The notes under the pieces were generated by a model, which was not told the DNA's origin, did not search any database, and saw only the letters and a program-made list of their open reading frames with translations. 64,000 nt of DNA from Pedosphaera parvula Ellin514 (GTDB taxonomy: Bacteria; Verrucomicrobiota; Verrucomicrobiia; Limisphaerales; JADJPG01): assembly GCA_943332515.1 (NCBI GenBank), contig CALQPR010000001.1, positions 43,598 through 107,597 of the forward strand, given 5' to 3'. A program made the translations under genes and the position numbers. The first letter of the stretch is position 1, and every line of letters starts with the position of its first letter. Below, one piece after another: positions 9,525 through 17,615 of the stretch.

Positions 9525-9941
9525 ATGCGCACGACATGTTCCAAGCATTTGTTTTTTGCGTTGGCGGCGATACCAATCGGCGCAGCTAGTGGGTTTGCTT
9601 GTGCAGCAGTCGTTTTTTCAGTCTGCCGATTACTTGATTGGTTCTCCAGACCGAGCACTCCCTTGGAAGACATCGGGCTTACTTGGTATCATGTGATTGG
9701 GGTTGCCGTTTATCATGGCGCATCCATAGGCGCGGCGTTTTTACCGGGCGCATATTTACTTTTTTTACGACACATTAGAGAAGGTCAAGTGAGGCGAGTT
9801 CTCTCATGGCTCTTTTTCGGTGTTTTAGTCGCTGGCGTTTTAGCATCGCCGTTGCGAGATTTCTTCTCGCTTGTTGCCGCAGCGGTTGGATTTTGGATAG
9901 CTGTGTGTTATGCACGACGAAAGACATTGGTAGCCTCCTGA
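9525..9941 (+). CDS. Hypothetical small membrane protein in an AT-richer patch
   Basis: Three or four hydrophobic segments (FFALAAIPIGAASGFACAAVVF; VIGVAVYHGASIGAAFLPGAYLLF; WLFFGVLVAGVLA; LVAAAVGFWIAVCY). Composition is visibly AT-richer than the flanks. Start and reality are uncertain. Confidence 0.45.
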   Translation: MRTTCSKHLFFALAAIPIGAASGFACAAVVFSVCRLLDWFSRPSTPLEDIGLTWYHVIGVAVYHGASIGAAFLPGAYLLFLRHIREGQVRRVLSWLFFGVLVAGVLASPLRDFFSLVAAAVGFWIAVCYARRKTLVAS

Positions 9942-10190
9942 ATAACAGAGCACATAAGTTATTGGTTTGGAACGAGGGCCATGTTCAATGCCTTCGCTTG
10001 GTTTTGCAGGTTCTTTAACCGCCGCGCGGTGCTGGCTTCGGTGATCGCAAAGGCTTTCTTCCCATCGTAGGGCTGCTCGCTCACCCGTTCCTCGCGCTCT
10101 GGTTGCCATCCACACGTCCCGTGCGCCGAGTCACTTGGTCATGGTGTCGAGGTGGTGTAGCATCTCTCCATGTAAACACCGGGACAATAT

Positions 10191-10613
10191 GAGATTTCCA
10201 CCGACCGCAGCCGTCTGGACCTCGCGCTGATTCACGATTATCTAGGTTCGTCGTATTGGGCGCAGGGCATTCCGCGAGCGGTGGTGGAGCGGTCCATCCA
10301 GCACTCGCTTTGTTTCGCCGCATACCTGGATGGGCGGCAGATTGGCTTCGCCCGGGTGGTGACGGACTACGCCACCTTCGCGTATGTGGCGGATGTGTTC
10401 GTGGTGCCGGAGCATCGTGGTCGTGGGATTTCGAAGCTGCTCCTGCGCGCCATTCTGGAGCACCCGGAGTTGCAGGGGCTCAGGCGGTTCTTGCTGGCGA
10501 CGCATGATGCTCATGGACTCTATGCGCAGTTCGGGTTTCAGCCGCTGGCGCATCCCGAGCATTTCATGACGGTTCACAAGCCGGATGTGTATCGCGGCGA
10601 AAATCACGGATGA
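10191..10613 (+). CDS. GNAT family N-acetyltransferase, start codon unresolved
   Basis: QIGFARVVTDYATFAYVADVFVVPEHRGRGISKLLL acetyl-CoA motif. Family-like N-terminal sequence (EISTDRSRLDLALIHDYLGSSYWAQG) extends upstream of the first canonical in-frame start (GTG 10281). See the corresponding finding. Confidence 0.8.
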   Translation, partial: EISTDRSRLDLALIHDYLGSSYWAQGIPRAVVERSIQHSLCFAAYLDGRQIGFARVVTDYATFAYVADVFVVPEHRGRGISKLLLRAILEHPELQGLRRFLLATHDAHGLYAQFGFQPLAHPEHFMTVHKPDVYRGENHG

Positions 10614-10658
10614 GCCGACGCTCTGGCATGTGAGGGCGGGGCATGCCTTGGCGCGGAA

Positions 10659-12029
10659 TTACTGAGGCGCGGCGATAAAGTGGAGGAGGGTGTTGCTGGT
10701 TCCCGTGTCCCAAACGCGGACTTCTCCATCGTAGCTGCCGCTGGCGAGACGCTTGGTTCCGTCGTGGTAGGCGAGCGCGTAGATGGTGTCGCGGTGGCCG
10801 GTGTAGGTGCGGACGAGTTCCACTTTCTTCTCCAACAATCGATGCTGGCGGACGTGGCGATCCGCACTGGCGCTGAAGAGGTGTTCGCCCTGCGCGATGA
10901 GGCGCAGGATGTCGCCCTCGAATCCGCGGGCTTCGAAAAGTTTGCGCGCGTCCCTGGTGGACCACGCGTGAATCTCACGATCGCGTCCGGCGCTGAGGAC
11001 GCTCTTGCTGTCCGCGCTGAAGGCGACGGCGAAGACGGGTGCGCCGTGGCCATCGTAGGTTTCTTCCAGCTCGCCGGTCTGCGCATCGAAGTAGCGTGCG
11101 GTCTTGTCGCGGCTGGCGGAAGCGAAGTGTTTGCCATCGGGCGCGAAGGCGAGGGACATGACCCAGTCGGCGTGTTGTTCGAGGCGGTAGAGTTCCTTGC
11201 CGGTGGCGACTTCGAAGAGGCGGATGGTGTTGTCCGCGCCGCCAGCGAGGAGGCGCTGGCCGTCCGGGCTGAAGGCGAGCGTGAGGAAGAGATCGTTGGC
11301 GGTGGCGAGAGCGCGAAGGGTCGCGCCGGTGTGCGGGTGGACGAGTTTGATCTCGCCGGAACGTCCGGGGTTGCCGCCGCAGAGGGCGAGGAGCTGGCCA
11401 TCGGGAGCGTAGGCGAGGGATTGGATTTGTTGGGGGACGTTTGCGATGCGGCGGAGCAGGGTGCCGCTGGTGGGGTTCCAGATCGTGACTTCGTGATAAC
11501 CGCTGGCGGCGAGCTCCGCGCCGTCCGGATGGAACGCGAGCGCGAGGATGGGCACGGGGCGGGCGTAGCGCACCGGTGCATCCGGATGACGAGCGGGTGC
11601 GCTGAGTGTGGAGAGGAGCGCCTTCGGATCTGAACCGTCGAAGCGGGCGCCTTGCGTGATCCAGCGGGCGATGAGCTGAACTTGAGCGGGCGGAAGCGGA
11701 TCGTCTTTCTGCGGCATGCGATCATCAGGATCGGTCGCGACGAGGAGTTGGTGAAGCTTGCTCTTCGCGGCGTCGCCAGGGACGACGGGTGTGTCCTTGC
11801 TTTCGCCGGGCTTCAGGAGTTCCGCGAAGGTGTGGAGTCGATAGCCGCCCTTGGCTTTCTCGGTGTTGTGGCAGGTGACGCACTTGGCCTGGAGCAGCGG
11901 CGCGATGTCTTTGCTGAAGCTGACGGCGTCGGGCGTGGCGGGAGTCTCGGCGGCGTGGAGCGTGACGAGAATGTGGATGCTCGCAGCCATCAAGATTGCC
12001 TGGATCGCGATGAGACGCGGCGCATTCAA
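10659..12029 (-). CDS. PSCyt1 (Planctomycete cytochrome c) domain + WD40 beta-propeller protein
   Basis: Signal-like N-terminus, FSKDIAPLLQAKCVTCHN...KGGYRLHTF...ARWITQGA (PSCyt1), then WD40-like blades (GGADNTIRLFE, SRDKTARYFD, SYDGEVRVWD). Start TTG 12029 or ATG 11990. The 727-aa ORF in the track is over-extended across the divergent gene. Confidence 0.85.
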   Translation of the reverse strand: MNAPRLIAIQAILMAASIHILVTLHAAETPATPDAVSFSKDIAPLLQAKCVTCHNTEKAKGGYRLHTFAELLKPGESKDTPVVPGDAAKSKLHQLLVATDPDDRMPQKDDPLPPAQVQLIARWITQGARFDGSDPKALLSTLSAPARHPDAPVRYARPVPILALAFHPDGAELAASGYHEVTIWNPTSGTLLRRIANVPQQIQSLAYAPDGQLLALCGGNPGRSGEIKLVHPHTGATLRALATANDLFLTLAFSPDGQRLLAGGADNTIRLFEVATGKELYRLEQHADWVMSLAFAPDGKHFASASRDKTARYFDAQTGELEETYDGHGAPVFAVAFSADSKSVLSAGRDREIHAWSTRDARKLFEARGFEGDILRLIAQGEHLFSASADRHVRQHRLLEKKVELVRTYTGHRDTIYALAYHDGTKRLASGSYDGEVRVWDTGTSNTLLHFIAAPQ

Positions 12030-12036
12030 GCAGTGC

Positions 12037-12113
12037 CCCCGGAGCGCCGAACTCCTGTTCGGCGCGCTCAATTCTCCGGCATCAACGCGCCGATTTGGAA
12101 ATCGGCGCTCCAG
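12037..12113 (+). repeat. REP-like double-hairpin element, copy A
   Basis: GCGCCGAAC-tcct-GTTCGGCGC and GCGCCGAT-ttggaa-ATCGGCGC hairpins about 30 nt apart. 68 of 76 hand-aligned positions are identical to the reverse complement of 15145-15223. Confidence 0.8.
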
Positions 12114-12182
12114 CCCCGTCGGACGGTTGCGGCGTGAAATTGAGGTTTGACGAGGCATTGTCCGACGCTGACGATTCGCACC

Positions 12183-12959
12183 ATGAAAACATTCATTGCC
12201 GCAGTGCTTCTCGCTGCGTTGACTGGCTTCGCGCACGGGGAGATCAAACTCGAGACCATCGAATACAAGCAAGGTGAGGTGACCTGCGAAGGCGTGGTGG
12301 CGTATGACACGACGGTGCAGGGGAAGCGTCCGGGCGTGTTGATCGTTCATCAGTGGAAGGGGCTGACGGCTTACGAACGGAAACGTGCCGAGATGCTGGC
12401 GGGGTTGGGCTATGCCGTGCTGTGCGCGGACATCTACGGCAAAGGCGTGCGCGCGGATAATCCGAAGGACGCCGCCGCGCTGGCGGGAAAGTATAAAGGC
12501 GACCGGGCATTGCTGCGGGCGCGGGTGAATGCGGCGTTGGAGCAGTTGAAAAAGCTCTCGATGGTGGACACGAAGCGGACGGCGGCGATGGGTTATTGCT
12601 TTGGCGGCACCACGGTGCTCGAACTGGCGCGCAGCGGCGCGGACGTCGCGGCGGTGGTGAGTTTTCACGGTGGCTTGAATACTCCGAACGCGGCGGACGC
12701 GAAGTCGATCAAGGGCAGGGTGCTGGCCTTGCATGGGGCTGACGATCCATTTGTGCCAGCGACGGAGGTGTCGGCGTTTGAAGAGGAGATGCGCAAGGCG
12801 AACGTCGATTGGCAACTGGTCTCCTACGGTGGCGCGGTGCATAGCTTCACGGATTGGAATGCGGGCGGGGATAATTCCAAGGGCGCGGCTTACAACGAGA
12901 AGGCAGACAAGCGTTCGTGGGAGGCGATGAAGGTATTTTTCGCCGAGGTCTTGAAATAA
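12183..12959 (+). CDS. Dienelactone hydrolase family protein (secreted)
   Basis: Signal peptide MKTFIAAVLLAALTGFAHG; VLIVHQWKGL, GYCFGG nucleophile elbow, HGADDPFVP, AVHSF. Confidence 0.85.
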   Translation: MKTFIAAVLLAALTGFAHGEIKLETIEYKQGEVTCEGVVAYDTTVQGKRPGVLIVHQWKGLTAYERKRAEMLAGLGYAVLCADIYGKGVRADNPKDAAALAGKYKGDRALLRARVNAALEQLKKLSMVDTKRTAAMGYCFGGTTVLELARSGADVAAVVSFHGGLNTPNAADAKSIKGRVLALHGADDPFVPATEVSAFEEEMRKANVDWQLVSYGGAVHSFTDWNAGGDNSKGAAYNEKADKRSWEAMKVFFAEVLK

Positions 12960-12963
12960 CGAT

Positions 12964-14040
12964 ATGACTCGAAGTGTTTCGTCACTGGCGCGGTTGGCTG
13001 GTCCATTTGCGCTCCTGTGTGTGCTGGTCTTGACCGGCTGCCAGAGCGTGCCGCGGCCGGGGACGGCGGCTCCGCGTCGAGGGGACGAGATTGTGGTGGC
13101 GGGGCAGTTCTTTCACACGGGCACGCCGGTGGTGTTGTGGCTGGACGCAGGTGGCTACGACGCGTATCGCGTGGAGCGGAGGTTCAGCGCGTTCGACGAA
13201 TCGTCCTGGGAGACATCCAAAGTCGTGGTGAAGGATCTGTCGTCGCCGAATCGCTACGGCCTGCGCAAGGGCGGGCTGACGGAGGATGAGATTGAGCGCG
13301 TGCGCGGCGGCGGCTGGGACTTGCCGTTGTTGCAGGAAAAGGTGGACCAGTTCGTCGTCCATTTCGACGTGACGGGCACGAGCCGGCAGTGCTTCAAGGT
13401 GCTGCATGACCATCGTTGTCTGAGTGTTCACTTCATGCTCGATCTGGATGGGACGATTTATCAGACGCTGGATTTGAAGGAGCGCGCGTGGCACGCGACG
13501 ACGTCGAACACGCGCTCGGTGGGAATCGAGATCGCGAACATCGGCGCGTATGGATCGCCGGATGCCGCGCCGTTGGAGGAGTGGTATCAGCCGGACGGCA
13601 ACGGGCTCGCGCGCATTGTGGTGCCGGAGCGTTATGGCGCGACGGGCATTCGGACGCCTGACTTTGTCGGCCGGCCGGCGCGACCTGAGCCGGTCAAGGG
13701 AGCCGTGCAAGGGCGCGAGCTGTATCAATACGACCTGACGCCGCAGCAGTATGAAGCTTTGGCGAAACTCACCGCTGCGCTCTGCAAAGTGTTCCCGAAG
13801 TTGAGGTGTGATTTCCCGAGGGACGCGAATGGCAAGCTGGTGGCCGGCAAGTTGCCGGATGAAGAGCTGGAGCGTTATCAGGGTGTGCTCGGACATTTTC
13901 ACATCCAGACGAACAAGGTCGATCCGGGTCCGGCGTTCCAATGGGAGAAGGTCATCGGTGGCGCTCGCGAATGGATGTCACGCGGCGCGCCCGTCACGCA
14001 GGAGAAGCCGGCGGAACGGATGATCAGGAAGCGTCCGTAA
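12964..14040 (+). CDS. N-acetylmuramoyl-L-alanine amidase (Amidase_2/PGRP domain) lipoprotein
   Basis: Lipobox LTGC; VVHFDVTG...SVHFMLDLDGTIYQTLDLKERAWHA...SVGIEIAN is typical of AmpD/PGRP-type amidases. Confidence 0.8.
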   Translation: MTRSVSSLARLAGPFALLCVLVLTGCQSVPRPGTAAPRRGDEIVVAGQFFHTGTPVVLWLDAGGYDAYRVERRFSAFDESSWETSKVVVKDLSSPNRYGLRKGGLTEDEIERVRGGGWDLPLLQEKVDQFVVHFDVTGTSRQCFKVLHDHRCLSVHFMLDLDGTIYQTLDLKERAWHATTSNTRSVGIEIANIGAYGSPDAAPLEEWYQPDGNGLARIVVPERYGATGIRTPDFVGRPARPEPVKGAVQGRELYQYDLTPQQYEALAKLTAALCKVFPKLRCDFPRDANGKLVAGKLPDEELERYQGVLGHFHIQTNKVDPGPAFQWEKVIGGAREWMSRGAPVTQEKPAERMIRKRP

Positions 14041-14052
14041 GCTCAGAGTGTT

Positions 14053-15129
14053 GTGATGAAGTTTACGTTTACGATTCTGCGGCGCGAAATCACGGTCGCT
14101 GTTCTGTTGGCGCTCATTACGATGTTCCATGGCGCGTCGCTCATGGCGGCGGATTCTGCCACGAAGCGTGACGCGGTGGTGGTGGACGAGAAGACTGAGA
14201 CAGTGATCAAGGGCGCGTTGAAATGGCTCGTGTCGAAGCAGGTTGCCAACGGCGCGTGGGGTTCATCGGGCGAGGAGCAGCGTTACGCGGTGGCGATGAC
14301 GGCTTACACGCTGATGGCTTTTCAGGCGGCGGGTCAATTGCCGGGCGAAGGAGAGTTCGGCAAGAACGTGACGTTGGGCATGCAATATCTGCTCGACCAG
14401 ATTTCGCCGGAGGGACTCATCGGCAATCGCAACGGTGGTCAATACATGTACAGCCACGGCATCGCGGCGATTGCCTTGGGAGAACTTTACGGACAGACGA
14501 AGTCGCCGGTGATGCGTCCGAAGCTGGAGAAGATGATCCGCATCATCATCGCCTCGCAGAATCCGGAAGGCGGCTGGAGATATCGTCCGGTGCCGGCGGA
14601 TGCGGACGTTTCGGTGACGGTGCTGCAGGTGGTCGCTTTGCGCGCGGCGAAGAACGGCGGGATCGATGTTCCGCAGAAGACGATCGATAACGCCGTGAAG
14701 TATGTGAAGGCGTGCCAGCATCCGCCCAGCGGTGGCTTCGCCTATCAGCCTGGCCGCGACCCGGGCTTCGCGCGCACGGCGGCGGCGATCTACTCGCTGC
14801 AAGTGTGCGGGCTGTACGATGACCCGATGGTGCGCGGTGGCTCGGAGTATCTGGTGAAGAACAACGCGAAGAACGACCAGTGGTTCACATACGGAAATTT
14901 CTACGCGGCGCCCGCGCAGTATATGATTGGCGGCGAGACGTGGGCGAAATGGTATGCGCAGGTTCGCGAAGTGTTGCTGAAGAATGTGACTCCGTTGCAG
15001 GGCGGGTTTTATTACTGGGAGCCGAAGCTCGATGCGGGCATGGGCGGGGTCGGGCCGACTTACAGCACTGCCGTCTATACGATGATCCTGGCGATGCCGT
15101 ATCACTATATTCCGCTCTATCAGCGGTGA
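14053..15129 (+). CDS. Prenyltransferase/squalene-oxidase repeat protein (terpenoid-cyclase-like fold), secreted
   Basis: Signal-like N-terminus; repeated QxxxGxW-type motifs (KQVANGAWGS, QNPEGGWRYRP, QHPPSGGFAYQP). Confidence 0.75.
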   Translation: MMKFTFTILRREITVAVLLALITMFHGASLMAADSATKRDAVVVDEKTETVIKGALKWLVSKQVANGAWGSSGEEQRYAVAMTAYTLMAFQAAGQLPGEGEFGKNVTLGMQYLLDQISPEGLIGNRNGGQYMYSHGIAAIALGELYGQTKSPVMRPKLEKMIRIIIASQNPEGGWRYRPVPADADVSVTVLQVVALRAAKNGGIDVPQKTIDNAVKYVKACQHPPSGGFAYQPGRDPGFARTAAAIYSLQVCGLYDDPMVRGGSEYLVKNNAKNDQWFTYGNFYAAPAQYMIGGETWAKWYAQVREVLLKNVTPLQGGFYYWEPKLDAGMGGVGPTYSTAVYTMILAMPYHYIPLYQR

Positions 15130-15144
15130 GTGTTGTCAGACGCA

Positions 15145-15223
15145 ATTGGAGCGCTGATTTCCAAATCGGCGCGGTGGTGCCGGAGAGTTTACTGCGCCGA
15201 ACTGGAGTTCGGCGCTCCGGGGA
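15145..15223 (-). repeat. REP-like double-hairpin element, copy B (inverted relative to copy A)
   Basis: Same two hairpins as copy A, in the convergent gap between the prenyltransferase-like gene and fdhD. Confidence 0.8.
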
Positions 15224-15231
15224 CAGAGGCA

Positions 15232-16134
15232 TTAAACCGTCTTGGACTCGAATCGCGAACTGTTGCGAACGGAGCGGGTCGGCATCTTGATGCGTTCGGG
15301 ATGGGAGTAGATGTTCAAACGATCGCCGCGGACGAAGCCAAGCAACGTCTGGCCGCTTTCCACGGCAAATTGAACGGCGAGGCTGGAGGGCGCAGACACG
15401 GCGGCGACAATGGGCAACCGCGCGGCCAGAGCCTTTTGCATGATCTCGAAGGAGGCTCTTCCGCTGACGACGAGCACGTGTTTATCAAGCGGCAGCAGGT
15501 CGTTCAACAGCGCGTAGCCGAGAACTTTATCGACGGCGTTGTGGCGTCCGACGTCCTCGCGCAGCACCAGGAGTTTCCCGCTCGCAGTGAAGAGCCCTGC
15601 GGCGTGCAGCCCGCCGGTGGAATCGAAGGCGGACTGACCTTTGCGTAATTCCTCCGGCAGGCTGGCGATCCGGTTGACGGGAATCTTCACGGAGGATTTC
15701 ACGCGCTTGAAATGGCGGTGAACGGACTCGATGGAAGCCTTGCCGCACAGGCCGCAGCTCGACGACGCGAAGACGTGGCGGGTGAGTTGGGAGAAGTCCA
15801 CGGTGACGCCGGCCGCGAGGAAGACATCGAGGACGTTGCCGGAAAGATTGCGGATGTAAGGGACGATCTTGAGGATCTCTCGCGGAGACTTAATCAGTCC
15901 TTCGCTCAGGAGGAAGCCGGCGGCGAGCTCATGATCGTGGCCTGGCGTGCGCATCGTGACGACGACGGATTGCGTATCGACCTGGATCTCGAGCGGTTCC
16001 TCGACGGCGAGTTCATCCTTCACCCTCGCTGGCGTGGTGTCGTCCTGCCAGCGCAGGACGTATCGAGATTCAGTCGCAGCTTTTTCCTTCATGCGTTCGG
16101 CGAACGATAGCTTCGGCGTGCCATTGAGCGCCAA
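15232..16134 (-). CDS. fdhD: Formate dehydrogenase accessory sulfurtransferase FdhD
   Basis: SSCGLCGKASIE active-site cysteine loop, GGLHAAGLF, VGRHNAVDKV. An alternative start at ATG 16092 overlaps the upstream ORF's stop (ATGA). Confidence 0.9.
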   Translation of the reverse strand: MALNGTPKLSFAERMKEKAATESRYVLRWQDDTTPARVKDELAVEEPLEIQVDTQSVVVTMRTPGHDHELAAGFLLSEGLIKSPREILKIVPYIRNLSGNVLDVFLAAGVTVDFSQLTRHVFASSSCGLCGKASIESVHRHFKRVKSSVKIPVNRIASLPEELRKGQSAFDSTGGLHAAGLFTASGKLLVLREDVGRHNAVDKVLGYALLNDLLPLDKHVLVVSGRASFEIMQKALAARLPIVAAVSAPSSLAVQFAVESGQTLLGFVRGDRLNIYSHPERIKMPTRSVRNSSRFESKTV

Positions 16135-16997
16135 TCGAAACTGGAGTGTGGATGAAAAAGAAAAGCCCGCATGCAGACGAGCTGCATGCGGGTGCTGATG
16201 ACGGCTCCGGCAACTTCGTTCCAGATGCCAGTCGAGAGATTGGCGCTGCCTTCGAGGTGAAACTCAGCTTCTGAGCCGGGCGACGTGAAGTTGATCTGCA
16301 CCTGGTTGCCGGGGAGCAATTGCACGGAGCTGACCCGGGCGTCGGACGTGACCACGCGAACGTTGTCGAAGATGACGAAGTTATTGGTCGAGCCGACGGA
16401 GTCAGCCTGATCGTTGTGGCCGATCATGATGTTGCCGCTGGTGAAGCCGGAGGGATTCGGGAAGGAATACACCACGCTGTTGTTGACCTTGAGCGGCGCG
16501 GTGGTGGACTCGGTGCGCGTGAAAGTGAGGGTCGCGGTATCCGGGCCGGATTCACTGGAGAAGTCGTCTGTCGCCACGACGCTGACTTCCGGGAGTTGGA
16601 CTACATCCAGGAGGAACTTGCCATCGGAACCAGTGGTCGCGATGGTTTCTCCGCCGGGAGACCAGACGCGCATCAGTTCGGTTCCCGAGCTGATCGCATA
16701 CAGGTTGCCCGCGGCGTCCCAGGAGACATCCCGTCCAAGGGTGAGCGAAGCGGCGAAGGTGGCGACGAGTTCGCGGCGCGCGAGGTTCGGGATGCCGTTC
16801 GTCAGCGGTATGATCCACGTCTGGTTGTCATCGCGAATGACGGCGAGCCTCTTGCCGTCAGGGGAAACCTTGATGGCGCGGGAAGTCCGGAGGATATAGG
16901 TCGCGGTAGCATTGTTGGAGATGGAGCGCGATTCAACGAGTGAGTTGAACACCGTGGTCGAGCCATCGCCGGTTTCATTGGTGGCGATCACGGCCAC
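16089..16997 (-). CDS. Hypothetical protein, probably an internal fragment of a larger secreted beta-propeller/LamG-like protein
   Basis: Protein-like sequence (VSPDGKRLAVIRDD, DAAGNLYAISSG, NFVIFDNVRVV) with no signal peptide. GTG start 28 nt after def. The ORF tail is the translation of a terminator hairpin. Confidence 0.45.
   Translation of the reverse strand: MAVIATNETGDGSTTVFNSLVESRSISNNATATYILRTSRAIKVSPDGKRLAVIRDDNQTWIIPLTNGIPNLARRELVATFAASLTLGRDVSWDAAGNLYAISSGTELMRVWSPGGETIATTGSDGKFLLDVVQLPEVSVVATDDFSSESGPDTATLTFTRTESTTAPLKVNNSVVYSFPNPSGFTSGNIMIGHNDQADSVGSTNNFVIFDNVRVVTSDARVSSVQLLPGNQVQINFTSPGSEAEFHLEGSANLSTGIWNEVAGAVISTRMQLVCMRAFLFHPHSSFDWRSMARRSYRSPNA
16155..16192 (-). terminator. 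Strong rho-independent terminator hairpin
   Basis: On the minus strand: CCCGCATGCAG-ctcgt-CTGCATGCGGG (11-bp perfect stem) followed by CTTTTCTTTTTC. It lies inside the last ~35 codons of ORF 16089-16997. Confidence 0.7.
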
Positions 16998-17025
16998 GCC
17001 GACCTGGGTGCCGGTAGTACGGCGG

Positions 17026-17592
17026 CTACTTCAGCAGGCTGGCTTTCGTCTCGGCCTGAAGGTCGTCCAGCTCCGGCTTGAGCGCCTGCTTGGCCTTGGT
17101 CGGCATCCGGTCAATGAAGAGGATGCCGTTGAGATGATCCGTCTCGTGCTGGATGGCGCGGGCTAGCAGGCCGCCGGCTTTGAACTGGATGGGCTTGCCC
17201 TTGGCGTCGAGCGCGCTGACTTCCACAAACTCCGGGCGCGTAACGTCCTCGTAGATCTCCGGGAAGCTCAGGCAGCCTTCCGGCCCGGCCACGCTGGTGC
17301 CGTAGCCTTTGACTTCCGGATTGATGAGCACGAGCGGCATGAACGCCGCAACATCGGCGGGCTGGCCGTTGAGTTCGAGAGTGGAGGGCCGCTCTTTGAC
17401 TTCCCGCACGTCGATGACGGTGAGTTGTAGCGCGTGTGCGACCTGTTGGGCGGCGAGGCCGACGCCTTCCGCGTCATACATCGTCTCGATCATGTCCTTG
17501 ATGAGCTTCGTGACGGCGGGCGTGATCTCCGCAATGCGCTCGCCTTTCTTGCGAAGCACTGGATGGCCGTAGTGAACGATGGGCAGAACCAT
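17026..17592 (-). CDS. def: Peptide deformylase
   Basis: GVGLAAQQV, EGCLSFP and HETDHLNG: all three PDF motifs are present. Confidence 0.95.
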   Translation of the reverse strand: MVLPIVHYGHPVLRKKGERIAEITPAVTKLIKDMIETMYDAEGVGLAAQQVAHALQLTVIDVREVKERPSTLELNGQPADVAAFMPLVLINPEVKGYGTSVAGPEGCLSFPEIYEDVTRPEFVEVSALDAKGKPIQFKAGGLLARAIQHETDHLNGILFIDRMPTKAKQALKPELDDLQAETKASLLK

Positions 17593-17615
17593 GGGCGGGA
17601 ATTGAAGTGATGGAT

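Noticed and set aside
9959-10084. 41-aa minus-strand ORF with a protein-like sequence (MSEQPYDGKKAFAITEASTARRLKNLQNQAKALNMALVPNQ)
   Set aside because: It has only a GTG start directly after an in-frame TGA, no visible RBS and no motif. It may be the C-terminal relic of a lost gene. It is mentioned under the AT-rich patch finding but not called as a feature.
12030-12842. N-terminal ~270 aa of the 727-aa ORF 10659-12842
   Set aside because: This part overlaps the well-supported dienelactone hydrolase gene on the other strand and runs through the REP-like element. The real protein starts with a signal peptide at 12029 or 11990.
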